NCBI GenBank assembly: GCA_027604505.1
Contig: JADIIX010000047.1
Span: 124,001 to 157,313, forward strand
Source: Gonapodya sp. JEL0774
Taxonomy: Eukaryota
Direction of reading: 5' to 3'
Length of the DNA stretch: 33,313 nucleotides
Part shown: in pieces, positions 22,124 through 33,313 of the stretch
How the letters are laid out: each line of letters starts with the position of its first letter
How positions within the stretch are numbered: the first letter of the stretch is position 1
Made by a program: the position numbers and the translations under genes
The notes under the pieces: generated by a model
The model's database searches: none
What the model saw: the letters and a program-made list of their open reading frames with translations, nothing else
What the model was told of the DNA's origin: nothing

Positions 22124-25100
22124 ATGGACGACATGAATGCACGAGGAGTTAAAAAATTGGAGGGAGCGGGAGCTGGGGCTGGCATGGCAGAAGGCACCAC
22201 CGGAACTGGTGAGCATGGAGGGATACGATTCGCAGGTGTCAGACCGTTAAAGCAGCAAAAAGCAGTGATTATCAGAATCCGTGAATGGTGATTAAAGGGG
22301 ATTTTGGAATGCAGAGTGGTTGACTAGAGTGGGGGACCAAGTATCTCCACACCCGTGTCAAGCTATTGGAGAACTAGCTGGATGCTCGCACAATGAAAGC
22401 TGACTCGGATAATTTTGATCAGAATATTGGCGTGGATTCAAATGGTTTGTCGGTGCCTTGAAACGGCACACCCATGTCACCACACCAACCGACATAGAGT
22501 TGCTCTGGATCGCTTTCCACTACGGTTGATCCCCATTGCACTTAAGAAGAGCAGTAAATGAAACCAGCAGGAGATCTCGCAGCGGTGAGACTCGAGGGCA
22601 GTGGCCGTACCACGAGAAGCGGTACCCAAGATGGCACAACAAAGAGTGTCTTCGAGCACACGATATGGCCTTTCAAGTACAACGGAGCCGTCTTTGGAGT
22701 GGTCATTTGTGGTGTAAGGCGCTAGAAGCCGTTCACTTAGGTGCCCAAAGATTCGATTGGCAATGGAATGGTAGATGTCGATACGTTGGACACGGCTCTC
22801 CCCTGAAGATGGTGCTTTTGAACTCAATTAGCGCTTGAACGCGGAGAAGCTTTTGGGCAATATCCCCCAAAAGAAGAGTGTGGGGTGCTAACGTCCCCTC
22901 GTCACCACGATCAATCCATACAGCTTCAAGCAGCTTCAACGCACCACCGCCCCAAAAGCCTCCTCCCTCTGAACTCCATCTTACTCTCAAACTCCTCGAC
23001 GCTCTCTCTTCTTTGTCCCTCTCCTCCCACTCACGACCTCACTTGGAAACCCAACTTGCCGCCATCGATGTCATCATTGCTCAGCTGTACCCCCAAAGCA
23101 CAAGCACAGGATTCATGAGCAGTGAAGCATCGGCGTCTCCCACCTATCAGTTTGGGACACCGCTCCACCTTGCTATTCCAGTCACTTCGAGACCTGTGAG
23201 CTGACGTTTTGTGGTTGGTGGCTGGTCAGGTTGGGGAAAACGGAACAGTGTGAGGGGAGACGGCGGTGTATCCCCGCCGCGTAGGTTGTCTGGCTGTGCT
23301 CTGCGCGAGAGGTATTCCGGAGAGTGGTTCTGTTCACCATACTGGGCTTGGACAACGGAGTGTATGCTCTCGACCTTCCTTTCCTCTCCTTTGTGCCTAT
23401 ACTCACCAATTCACCCGTACCCAATCACTCCACAGGTCCTCTCCCACCTCTTCTCCACCTACCTTCCCAAGTTCCCATCCTGGCTCACCACCCCCTCCCA
23501 TCCAACCCTCTCCACACCGCTCCACCTTGCCGCCAGGCTCAACATGCCTGACATCCTCGACGAGCTGATGAAGTGTCCTGGAGCGGACGAGACTGTGGGG
23601 GACGCGCAAGGAAGGTGGCCCGAAGAGGTTGGCACGCATGCGGCGGTGGCGGTGCTTAGGGGTGGGTATCGGAGAGGGCGACAACAGGTGGGGTGTCAGC
23701 GTTTGTGTTATTGGGGCCGGCGCCTTATTCGATGGCCGAAATCAGAACGGATGGTGAATGCAGTCGCTATGTAACTTCAATGGTCATGTTGCGGACTTGT
23801 CAGTCTTAGCAATATAGCCCTCCCGATCTTTCTTGGAGTGTGACTGAAGCTGATGCCATGCCCTCAACCATGTCCTTCGTGAATGCACCGCGCTCGACCA
23901 TAATCCCCTCTCAGCCCACCGCCACCACCACTCGCGTCTCCTCACTTCCACACTGCACCGCTACGCACTCTCCGGCAACACTCCTGGAATAATTTCGCTG
24001 TTTTCTGGGAATAGGGCAAGGAATTATGTGGAGAGGGGTTGGGTCGACGTGAATGCGGTGGTGGAGGGCACAAAAGATGCGACCGTGGTAGGTACGGAGT
24101 CGTTCGGAGAAGGGGTGGTGTTTGCGGGAAACGCACAATTTGGTAGAGACGGACGTGTGGATGTGCGGTCCTGTGGGCACTGCTCTAAAACAACGAATTC
24201 ATTCCCTGCTCTTTGCAGGGAGGGTGTGAATTCTCTCACATCCCCATTCTAAACACCTTCCATCAACTTGCCGCTGAAACACACCGTAGCTCCACCTTGC
24301 TGCAAAACGTGACGACCTTTCCCTAGTCGAGTGGGCGCTCGCTTCTGGAGCTGACCCGGGCGTCCAAGACAGGAAACGCCGAAGGCCAGGCGATGTGGTG
24401 CCCAAAGGTGGAAGGTGCAAGAAGGTACTACCCGCGAGTGAGTAAAGGCGTGAGGTGTCGGTTGTGTGTCTTTGGTTGTGATTGCGCACTGTTGGCCTCT
24501 CTGCGTGCAACGCCAGCACCCGACAAACCGCTTGCCCAATCCCTTCTCCCCACTGGTCTCATCTCGCTCGCCACACGTCCATCTTCGACGTCCACCTCCA
24601 CTTCCACGTCCCAGTCCCATGCTCCATCCTCCACATCACCCTCCAGCTCCCAACATCCCCAAACCACATCCCCTTCCGTATCTGCGTCCCTTGCCAATGC
24701 TTCTGCCATCTCTGGTGCGGACGGACCAGCTGCAGCTTCCATCCGACTCTCTCAGTCACAACGCTCGTCGTCTACTGCTGGACCTGCACCACCACACCTC
24801 AACAACCTTCCCGCAGCACTTTTCACCACCTCCGCAGTTTTCGATGCGGCAAAGGGACCCGAGTTGAAGGGAATGCTCCAAAAATACACCAATGTTGCGC
24901 AGGGGTATCGGTCGAGGTATTTTGTAGTGGAGAGGGGTGTGCTGAGCTATTATTGGGGTGAAGAGGAGGTTAGTTCAGGATTTGAGCTCTTGAAGGAGAT
25001 GTTGCGTCCCGTACACTTATTCCTCCATTCTCTGTCAACCGCGCATTGCCCCACTTACTAGTACCCAGTAAACTGCCGAGGGAGTGTGGAGCTGGCATCG

Positions 25101-28100
25101 ACCGATATCGGAATGGATACGGGAGGAGATCGTTGTAAATTTTGGTGTGTGGTAAAAGGGAAGAGTGGAGCGAGTGGAGGATACTACTTGAGGTGCGTGC
25201 TTGCCGTGGATAGAAAAGTGATTGAACTTTCTTTCCGTCGTTTAACCTTTCCATCGGGCTATATTGTGTCGATGCAGAGCAAGAAGCGAGGTTGAGGCGA
25301 AGAAGTGGGTCTGGACACGTAAGTACTCTGTGTCAGCACATGCTATGGGATTGTGTGCGCTGGCTCACAGTCCTCGTACAAAACCATCTGTAGTCATGCA
25401 AGCCAAGCGCTGGTCGCTCGACACCCTCACCCCCCCCCGTACCTCATATGATGGCGCCCCGTCACGGGGCTCACTGACGGGGGGCCACGGACACCAAAGA
25501 GCTGTTAGCGGCAGCGGGGGAAGTGGCGTGCCCGGTGCACAGAACGATTGGGATGCGAACGAGGAGCTAGAGTTGGAGAGGGAACTGGAGAGGGCAGAGA
25601 GGGCCTCAGAGCAGGCCGCGCTTGCGCAGGCTGGACAAGGTGGAGAGATTGGGGTGGTCGTGAGTTTAGTGGACGAAAGGACAGTTAGCACGGGGAGTAT
25701 GCCCAGTGGGGAGGAGAGAGACGCGGATGAAACTTTGTCGACTGGTGGGGCCGTCGCGGGACTCGACACAGACGGCACTTCACCCAACGGGTCGCCAGTT
25801 GCATCGTCGAGGGAGCTGCAGATTCCGCCGTCGCGGCATCTGGGTGCTGTGCGTGTGGCGTCACAAACGACGGTGTTCGGATCTGATCCACTCGACAAAC
25901 TGCCGGGTCGGCAGTTTTCTGCACACCCAGACGACTATGCCACGCTTTTGGCAGGTTTTAATTTGAGATTGGATGTGCATTCGAAGCTAATAGAGTCGGT
26001 TATGGAAAGAGTCCCGGAGCAATGGAGGACGGAGTTTGAGGAAATGGCGGAGGAGAGTTTGAGGTCGTTAAGAGGAGTGGCAGGAACTGTTGTGAGGAAG
26101 GCAGAGGAGAGGGAGAAGGTATGGAGGTGAGTTGACTGCTGATCATCAGTCATGCTGAGGTTCGGAGTTCTCAGTGAGCTTTGGGTTTTACAGGAAGAAA
26201 TGGAAGACCGAGCGTGACAACCGCAAGCGTTGGGAAGAGGTAGTGAGCGGTATAGTAGGGGGTATGGTTGGGGACGAAGGCCCACACGCAAACGACATCG
26301 GCTCAGCGGCTCATCTCGGTGCCGCCATCGTGAACGGCACTGAAGCTGCCTCGTCGTCGCGCTTGTCGGGTCCTATGGCAACATCATTGTTGAATGTGAA
26401 CGTAAGAACGGACTTGGATGCGCAGAGTTTAAATTCAGACGAGGAGGCCGAGCAAGTGGTCGCGATGGACGGGTCGGACAATGAAGATGAATTTTTTGAT
26501 GCAGTGGATGACGTGAGTGATGCACACCTAGCAATTGCATTCGGACTTTGTAGACATTTCAGTTCCTTGAAAACCGTTACGTATTCGGTGTGCTGATATG
26601 TTCTGCGGCCCCCACATCCCCCCCCCCCCCTCCCCCGCTCCCCCGTCCCCCCCAACAACAGAGCGGGACTCGTGCTGGACGTGGCTCGGTTTCTCTGGTT
26701 GACCAAGGAATCTCGAAACTCGGTGGGACAGACCTAGTGCGAAAACAATCGACGCGGCGCAACCTTGCTCCTTCGACACTGTCGGGGACTACCGCACCCT
26801 CCGAACACGCACCGTCGAGTGTCACTGCTACTGAGCCAGTCGAGTCCAAGGTGGTACCGGTTACGCCCGAGGAATCTCCGCTGTCGCTTCCGTTTGTCGC
26901 CGAACACGAGCTTCTCAGTTGCGCACAGGGGTATCCAGAAGTGTACCGTAAAACTCTTCCTTTGGATCCTACGAAACCGAAGCCCACCCTGTCTGTATGG
27001 AGTTTCATTAAGTCAGCGATCGGGAAGGACCTGACCAAAGTTACTCTTCCTGTTTTTTTCAACGAGCCGCTATCTCTACTTCAACGACTAAGCGAGGATT
27101 TGGAGTATACGCAGTTGCTGGCAGTTGCTGGGCGGATCGGCCGGAGGGCTGGTTGTGCATCACGCACAACAAATAGAGACCCGAATGACCCAGCTGAAAA
27201 GATGGCATCATTTTTGGGACTTGACATGGCTGCACTTGAGCGATTGGATGGTGAAGAAGCACAAATGTTGAGGGTAATGCTCGTTGCTGGATTTGGGATG
27301 TCCTCATACTCCAGTACTGTGCAACGGGTGGGAAAACCGTTCAACCCCATGCTAGGTGAAACTTTCGAAGTGGTTCGAAAAGATCTTGGGTGAGTTTATA
27401 CCCCGTTCCTGCATGCCCTGGAAATCACTGATGATTGAGCGGGTTTGTGTTGCTCACCGGATCAAATGTGAACAGAATGCGATACATCGCTGAACAAGTG
27501 TGCCACCACCCTCCTGTCTCTGCTTGTTACTGTGACAGCCCAGATTACGCCTTTTGGACAGAGGTGCGTTCCACCGTTGATTGAAAGAAGTCAGTCTTCG
27601 ACTAAAGCAGGTGATGCAAAAAAGGTTAACGTGAAAAGTCGCTTCTGGGGCACCAGTCTAGAAATCCACCCATTGGGTCTCTGCCATGCGCGATTGCCCG
27701 TTTATGGTGCACCATCAAACACTGATGCTACCACTCGACCAATTGTGGACTCCGAGCATTACAGGTGAGCTTTGTTTCGCCAGTTCGCGAAGTCAGATTC
27801 TGCAGGTATATTCATCTCGCGTGCCTAACAGCTGGAGGAAAGTCGCCTCTTGCGTCCATAATCTGTGAGTAACTTTGCTTCCGTTCTTTCATCCACAATG
27901 TCCCAATGTTGTCTCGAATTTCACAGCATTTACGGTTCTCTTTGGATGGATCACACCGGTGACTTGCAAGTCCAGAACCACCGAACCGGAGATCGTTGCA
28001 CTATTTCCTTCAAGCCCAACAAGAGCGGTTCAAAAATTGCCGAAAAACTTCCCGGCAATTGCGAACTTCTTGGGGAGGCGAGAAATTCGGACGGAAAACT

Positions 28101-28886
28101 CATGTTTAATCTCAGAGGGCGTTGGGATGATCGGCTGGATGCAAGTCCCGTAGTTGTACTAAAGAGTGAGGCATTTTCGGCGCCTCTCACCATCTTCAAG
28201 AAGTTCCCCTATCCACCGGATCCAACGAAGGCGAATATGTTTAACCTCACAAAGTTTGCGATTGAGGTGAGACGATAATTTAATTTGCATAGTTCGCATC
28301 TATTGTCTAATGCTCGCTGTCCGGGTTTGTCCATTAGCTCAACGATCTGCCGAAATCTTTGGTCCCACATCTTCCGAAGTCTGATTGTAGGTTCAGACCA
28401 GACCAATTGCGAATGGAGAGGGGCGAGTGGGACGATTCAACACTTTGGAAGGATATAATGGAGAATGCACAGCGGTTTCGACGACACCAGTGGTGAGTTT
28501 TGAATTTCAAAGCGACGGTAGACGACTACCGATTATATTCCGCGCAATGATGCAGGGTCAAGGACTATGAAACGCAGTTGCTAGTAAACGCACCACCTGG
28601 TCGGGAAGCAGAACCCAAGTCCATTGGAGAGCCTTATTGGAGACCTCGCTGGTTCTACAGAGCGATTGAACCGGATACGGGAGAGGAACATTGGCAATTC
28701 ACGGGAGATGTGAGTGTAGCTGAGTGACTCGTCGGCCCAAGCACCTGGTAACTCGAGTTCGGAACTGTGTAGTACTGGAAGTACCGCCAGAATGTAAACA
28801 CGGCCGGTGAATGGCCCACGTACGTAATTGACCCTTTTGAGATACCAGAAGAATTGATGAAAAAGTATGGATTGACGCAATCATGA
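22124..28886 (+). CDS. OSH1: Oxysterol-binding-protein-related lipid transfer protein, Osh1/Osh2 (Swh1) type: ankyrin repeats, PH, FFAT, ORD
   Basis: Probable exon 1 at 22124-22208 joined in phase 1 to 22924. [90 protein letters not shown] (~26483-26509). [74 protein letters not shown] at 28884-28886. The start exon is less certain than the body, and OSH1 versus OSH2 cannot be resolved. Confidence 0.92.
26609..26653. repeat. Intronic C-run cluster including C13, G-quadruplex-capable on the minus strand
   Basis: C runs of 5, 13, 5, 5 and 7 nt lie just before the CAG acceptor at 26661 of OSH intron 26513-26661. Confidence 0.8.
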
Positions 28887-29031
28887 GACAGATAGTTGTA
28901 TTTGATGCTGCAATACAAGTTTTTTGGGAATTGCATTAGCATGATATCATGACATTTGAAGTGTCGTTCGCATGGTTTCCATTTCGGAACCAAGCTTGAG
29001 TGGGGAGTCAAGAGTTGTTGGTTGAATCCAT

Positions 29032-32000
29032 TCACGGGGTTATGTTCTGTACACTCACCTGTCTCAACAGCATCAAAAGTTCATCTGGATCAGCCCCAGC
29101 CGGCGGTTTTGTTTGAAGTCGCCAAGAACCATGGCTGAATGTAAAGCTTCTGCCCCGTCGCTGTGATTGGGTTGATCTCGGCGGTCCTGATGGCATGTTA
29201 AGGCTCACAACTCTGCGTGAAGCAGCTTTCAAAGTTTGAGTGGTTAGCACCGTAAACTTTTGAGATTTCTTTTCCGAGATAGTTGAGAGTTGTTTCATTT
29301 GCGAATCTGTCGGTGGAAGGATCTTTGTCTTCGGTAGAGGGCTCGTACCACTGCTGCTTTGACATGATCTGCGAGATTGAGGATCAGACTGCACCCAGGA
29401 GGGCAGTCTTGTATGCATTGAGCGCGGGCTAAGTGATGAAGATGCTGTCGGGAGATGAAGTTTGCGGAAAGCGTCTGCGAAATCCCTAGTGGAACGTGTA
29501 CGGTCTCCCGAACCAGCGTCCATCTGCTTAACGGTTTCCCAAAGAGCTGTCTTCGCAGCTTCCAGCATACCCTGAAGCGATTCGATGTCACGTTCAAGGT
29601 CGTTGGTCGCGGGCATGAGCGGAATGTGCGAACACTCTGGGCGCACAGAGGACAACACATGGTTGAGCATCGGAATTATCGGCGCCATCTCCAGGATTTC
29701 ATTTGAGCGTCCGTCTGCAGAACTTTGTCCAGGCTGAACGCTCACGAGCACGTCGATACATTCCGCGATTTTGACGCTGAGGACACTAACGATTCCCAAG
29801 ACACGCGACTCAACCTCATCATCCTGTTCTTTGGGTTCGAGAGTGTGTCTTGCATCTGCCGTCCGCATTTCTGCCAATACATTGCGATGAAGTGACTTAA
29901 GACGCTGTCGGGCGTCATGCAAGAGCGAAGAAATGTTTTCCTCGGGATCACTTTCGCCCAATGCTCCTTCCTCCGCGGTCGGTTCAACGCCATCAATAGA
30001 GACGTCGTCGATGCTAGATGTGGATTCAGACTTGGAGCGAGACCGATCAAGAGAAGCGTCCGTATTGCCCAGAAGGCCAGATATTCTCTCAGTCCATGCA
30101 AGTCTGTCCTTTACGTCCTCTAATTTCTCTTCGGATTGCTTTAGTTCCAAAACAAGTTTCGAAATTTTGTATTCGGCAGCTGTACGAACGTCCTCGTGAA
30201 TGGCCCGAACTTTCTTCAGCTCGTTCTGCTGCTCCCTCACAATTCGTTCAAGCTCCTCGATCCTATTTCTCATCAAAACAAGTGCCTCTTCGGCGAGTCT
30301 CTTGGTTTCTATGACTTCATCAGCAGCTCGAATGACTTGCTCAGCGAGCATCCTGTTCTCTTCAAATACGAGGCCGCAAGGTTTGATTTCGAGCGACTCC
30401 TCCATTTTCTTCCTTTCCACTTCTTGCTCCCATCTCTTCTCCCACTGAAGTATTTCTTGCTCCCGTTCATGGTTCCGAAGCTCGGCACCTTTGAGTTCTT
30501 GTTCTAGTCTCTTCACTTTCTCAGAGTTCAAGTCACTTGCGACGTCCCTTTCGAAGAGCTGCTCTTCAAGCCCTGCAATGGTCGACTGATGGGCGACTAT
30601 CCGTGTTTGAAGGGCCGCAATCTTATCCATGAACGAGTCATCTGCGGAATCTGCATCCTGCGCGGCGATAGCCTTCCAAGCACAACCAGGCATCGACTGA
30701 TTCCTCGGGATCGTCTTCTCAGCGACTCCATTCTCCTGGTCCAAACCGACGCCAGAGTTTCGGTTCCTCCGCGCCATCCTCAGTGACTCCTCGAGACTGT
30801 CCACCTTGTTCCGAAGTTCTTGAACGGTCCTGTGCATCGCACATCTGTCATCTTCCAGGCGCTCGTTATGTCCTCGGAGTTCAGCCAGTTCGTGGTCTCG
30901 TATCTCGAGCTTAGTCCGTAGATCTCGAACTTCCGCCTCGCGCTGCATGCACGAAATTTCCCTGTCCATGGTGACCTCCTCGAGGGATTGAGAAAGCTGG
31001 TTATTCTCGTGGTCTAGAGCCGAGATGTACGACGATAGCCGCCGAATCTGTTTCGCCAATCGGTCTTGGTCTTGACCCTGGTCCTGGTGCTGGTCCGTGT
31101 CCTCCTGGTCCTGGTGCTGGTCGGCGAACGATTCCGCCATCCTCTTGAGCACCTGAAGGTCCACGGATTCATCCAATGTCATGTCCGAAGTCGACGTCAA
31201 CGTCAGTGTCGAATCCCTCATTCGTTCCTTGCTGGCGGCTGGCGGAGGCTCCGCCGTGACGGATGGTGGACCGTCCTCGGCCACGAGGGCTGCTTCCAAA
31301 TCACGGATCGCCTGATCCCACACTCGGTCCACATCACACTCGGAAGCGTCCAGCAGTCCGCACACATGCCATTCACCAATTCGGCCAAAAAGCTCAGGAG
31401 GGTCAATGCCCAGTCGGGAAAGATCCGCTTCGGCACGGCTGACGCACATGTCCGCAACATCATTGAGGGAATCGTGGTACTTGATTACCCCGGAAATGAG
31501 AGTCATTGTCGTCTCGGCGTCGGTGATTCGGTCGGACAAATCGCACTGTCAGAACGAATGGGGGAGCGGTGAACAAACGACGACTAAAGAACCCACAGCA
31601 CATCGGCCTTCGTAGCCACTCCAATTTCTGAAGCAGAGTGCAGCCACTCCCCCGTGCTGGGAATGCTTCGCGGATCTCACCTTCCTTTTCACCCAGGACT
31701 CCCATGCCTGCAGCAGTTTCAAGCACGCGTCTCCGGCGGTCTTGTCCGGACACTGGGCGGCGTAATCGAACGCCGACAGACCTGATAAGTCCCGGACGTG
31801 GGGGTCGGCACACCACGCTTCTCTGTTGTGCAGTTCTAGCCAATCACCGTCGTATGAGTGAGACTGCATCTTGCTGTCACCAACATCTCCATATCCCCGC
31901 AATGAGCACTGAAACCCCGCAGCACCACCCTCTCTTTGTCTCTCCCCCTGTGCCCGTCCTTCGCTCTGTCCATTTCTTCCCAATCCAACAAGACACGCCA

Positions 32001-33060
32001 CCACGCCCACATGTCCGTCCCGACACGCGTACATGAGCGCCGTGGACCCTCGTACGTCCCTCGCGTCCACGTCTGCGCCGCACCGTATCAAAATCTCGAC
32101 GAGGGGGCACTTGCCCAGGTAGGATGCCATCGCGAGGGCTGGGATGCCGTTGAAGGCGGTGATTTGGGAGTCCAGGAAGGACGAGAGGGTAAAGGAAGGG
32201 CAGGCGCGGAGTTCGTCAGGTTGGCGTAGAGGAGGGGTGTCGCAAGGAGGTTTCGAGTGATGTGATGCGCGGCGGCCGGCGGAGATGATGAGGATTCTGG
32301 CAATCTCTAAGTACTCGTCGGATGTGCGGGTGATAGCACTGAGGAGGTCGCCGCGGGGTACAGTGACGGAATCGAGGGCGCCGAAAGTTACACAGGCGAG
32401 GGGGGTCCTGTGGAACAATCCCAGCAACGTTGGGGGTAGTCGACGTTTCATTTGAGCACAAACAATGGGTTTTCTCATCTCCACACCCCCGATCACGCAC
32501 CGGTTTCTTCCGTCCAGAAGTCCCGGATCCGCTCCTGCATCAAGCAAGACCCTCACGACCTCGACCCTGCCGTGGATTGCGGCCAAATGCAGTGGTCTGG
32601 CACGATACAAATTGTTTTTTACTCCTGCGGTGTCTGAGGCTCCGTGATGGCTCACGCGCGGTGGGTGATGGCTGGGGCTAGTTGTTTTGACGTCGACGTC
32701 TGCCTTCAGGATCCCGACCCCGAACCCCACTTCGCCTTCCACCGCGGCGACCGAGTTCGCCCGTGTCAAGCTCTGCCGTGACGACGCGGACCAATAGTCC
32801 ATGTAATCGCTCGACGTTCCGGATCTCATGACTGCAGCCTCTGCCTCGGGCTCGCCCTCCTCCCCAGCGACAGCAAGCTCACCTCCCGCGGCATCCCACA
32901 AGACAGAACACGCGTCGATGTGGGCTGAGAGGGGAACGGCGGGCTGTGCTGCGTGGATGGAGTCGAGCAGGGCGCGAAGGGAGGATGCGTCGCCTGATGC
33001 GGAGAGGGCGCACAGGGAGGGATACGATGGGTGTGAGGGAGGAGAGGGAACTGCGGGCAT
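29032..33060 (-). CDS. Ankyrin-repeat protein with a long C-terminal coiled coil and Ser-rich tail
   Basis: Probable ATG 33060 (MPAVPS). ANK motifs RPLHLAAIHGRVEVVRVLLDAGADP, ALAMASYLGKCPLVEILIRCGADVDARDVRGSTALMYACRDGH and ADPHVRDLSGLSAFDYA. Introns 32408-32500 (93 nt, in frame) and 31546-31680 (GTGAGA..CAG), the latter joining ..WVKRK to CDLSDRI.. of the 835-aa coiled-coil ORF. Confidence 0.85.
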
Positions 33061-33150
33061 GAGGGGATGGGAATTTCGGCGCAGTGGGATAAAGATTTGC
33101 TGTGTTCCGCTTTCTTCTCCCGTGTCACCGAACCCATACCGGCTGTTTGG

Positions 33151-33313
33151 GCATATATGTGAATTCCAATTCTGGTGTACCCCACATGGGGTGGCGCCGG
33201 CATATGTGAATTCTGGGGTACCCCACATGGGGTGGCGCCTCCTGGGGTGTTTCGCCACCACCCCAAATGAGAATTCTGGGGTGGTTTGGGGTGGTCCATT
33301 GACAATTCTGGGG
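33151..33313. repeat. Palindrome-rich direct-repeat block, truncated by the window end
   Basis: AATTCTGG(T/G)GTACCCCACATGGGGTGGCGCC occurs at 33168-33198 and 33209-33239 (one mismatch). AATTCTGGGG recurs at 33272 and 33304, ATATGTGAATTC occurs twice, and TGGGGT occurs many times. Confidence 0.85.

Noticed and set aside
31539..31680. Two separate adjacent genes (570-aa and 835-aa ORFs)
   Set aside because: Intron 31546-31680 joins them in frame, and the downstream ORF begins with TTG rather than ATG.
33061..33305. N-terminal extension of the ankyrin ORF to 33261
   Set aside because: It reads through the repeat block from a GTG start; ATG 33060 is the more plausible start.
33151..33313. CRISPR-like array
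   Set aside because: Only two full repeats, a 10-nt intervening sequence that is itself repeated, a eukaryotic context and no cas genes.

Overview
Eukaryotic, intron-rich, gene-dense DNA with ten protein-coding genes and GT-AG introns mostly 55-140 nt long. It is most likely from a zoosporic (flagellated) fungus, because it has fungal-type genes plus the centriole cartwheel gene CEP135/BLD10; I cannot fix the species from sequence alone. Gene order: 3' part of CEP135 (+); an 11-exon, microexon-rich gene invisible in the ORF track that splices into a 241-aa tandem zinc-finger protein resembling the RNAi-heterochromatin adaptor Stc1 (+); SGD1/NOM1 (-); an unknown coiled-coil protein (+); DUF3237 (+); an intronless 398-aa two-TM protein (-) head-to-head with a secreted glycoprotein (+); a ~1405-aa RE/RS/Pro low-complexity protein (-); an Osh1-type ANK-PH-FFAT-ORD lipid-transfer protein (+); and an ankyrin plus coiled-coil protein (-). 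The last ~160 nt are a palindrome-rich direct-repeat block that may be a transposon end. No rRNA, tRNA, CRISPR array or transposase was seen. Exon models were built by hand and family calls rely on remembered motifs, not database searches.
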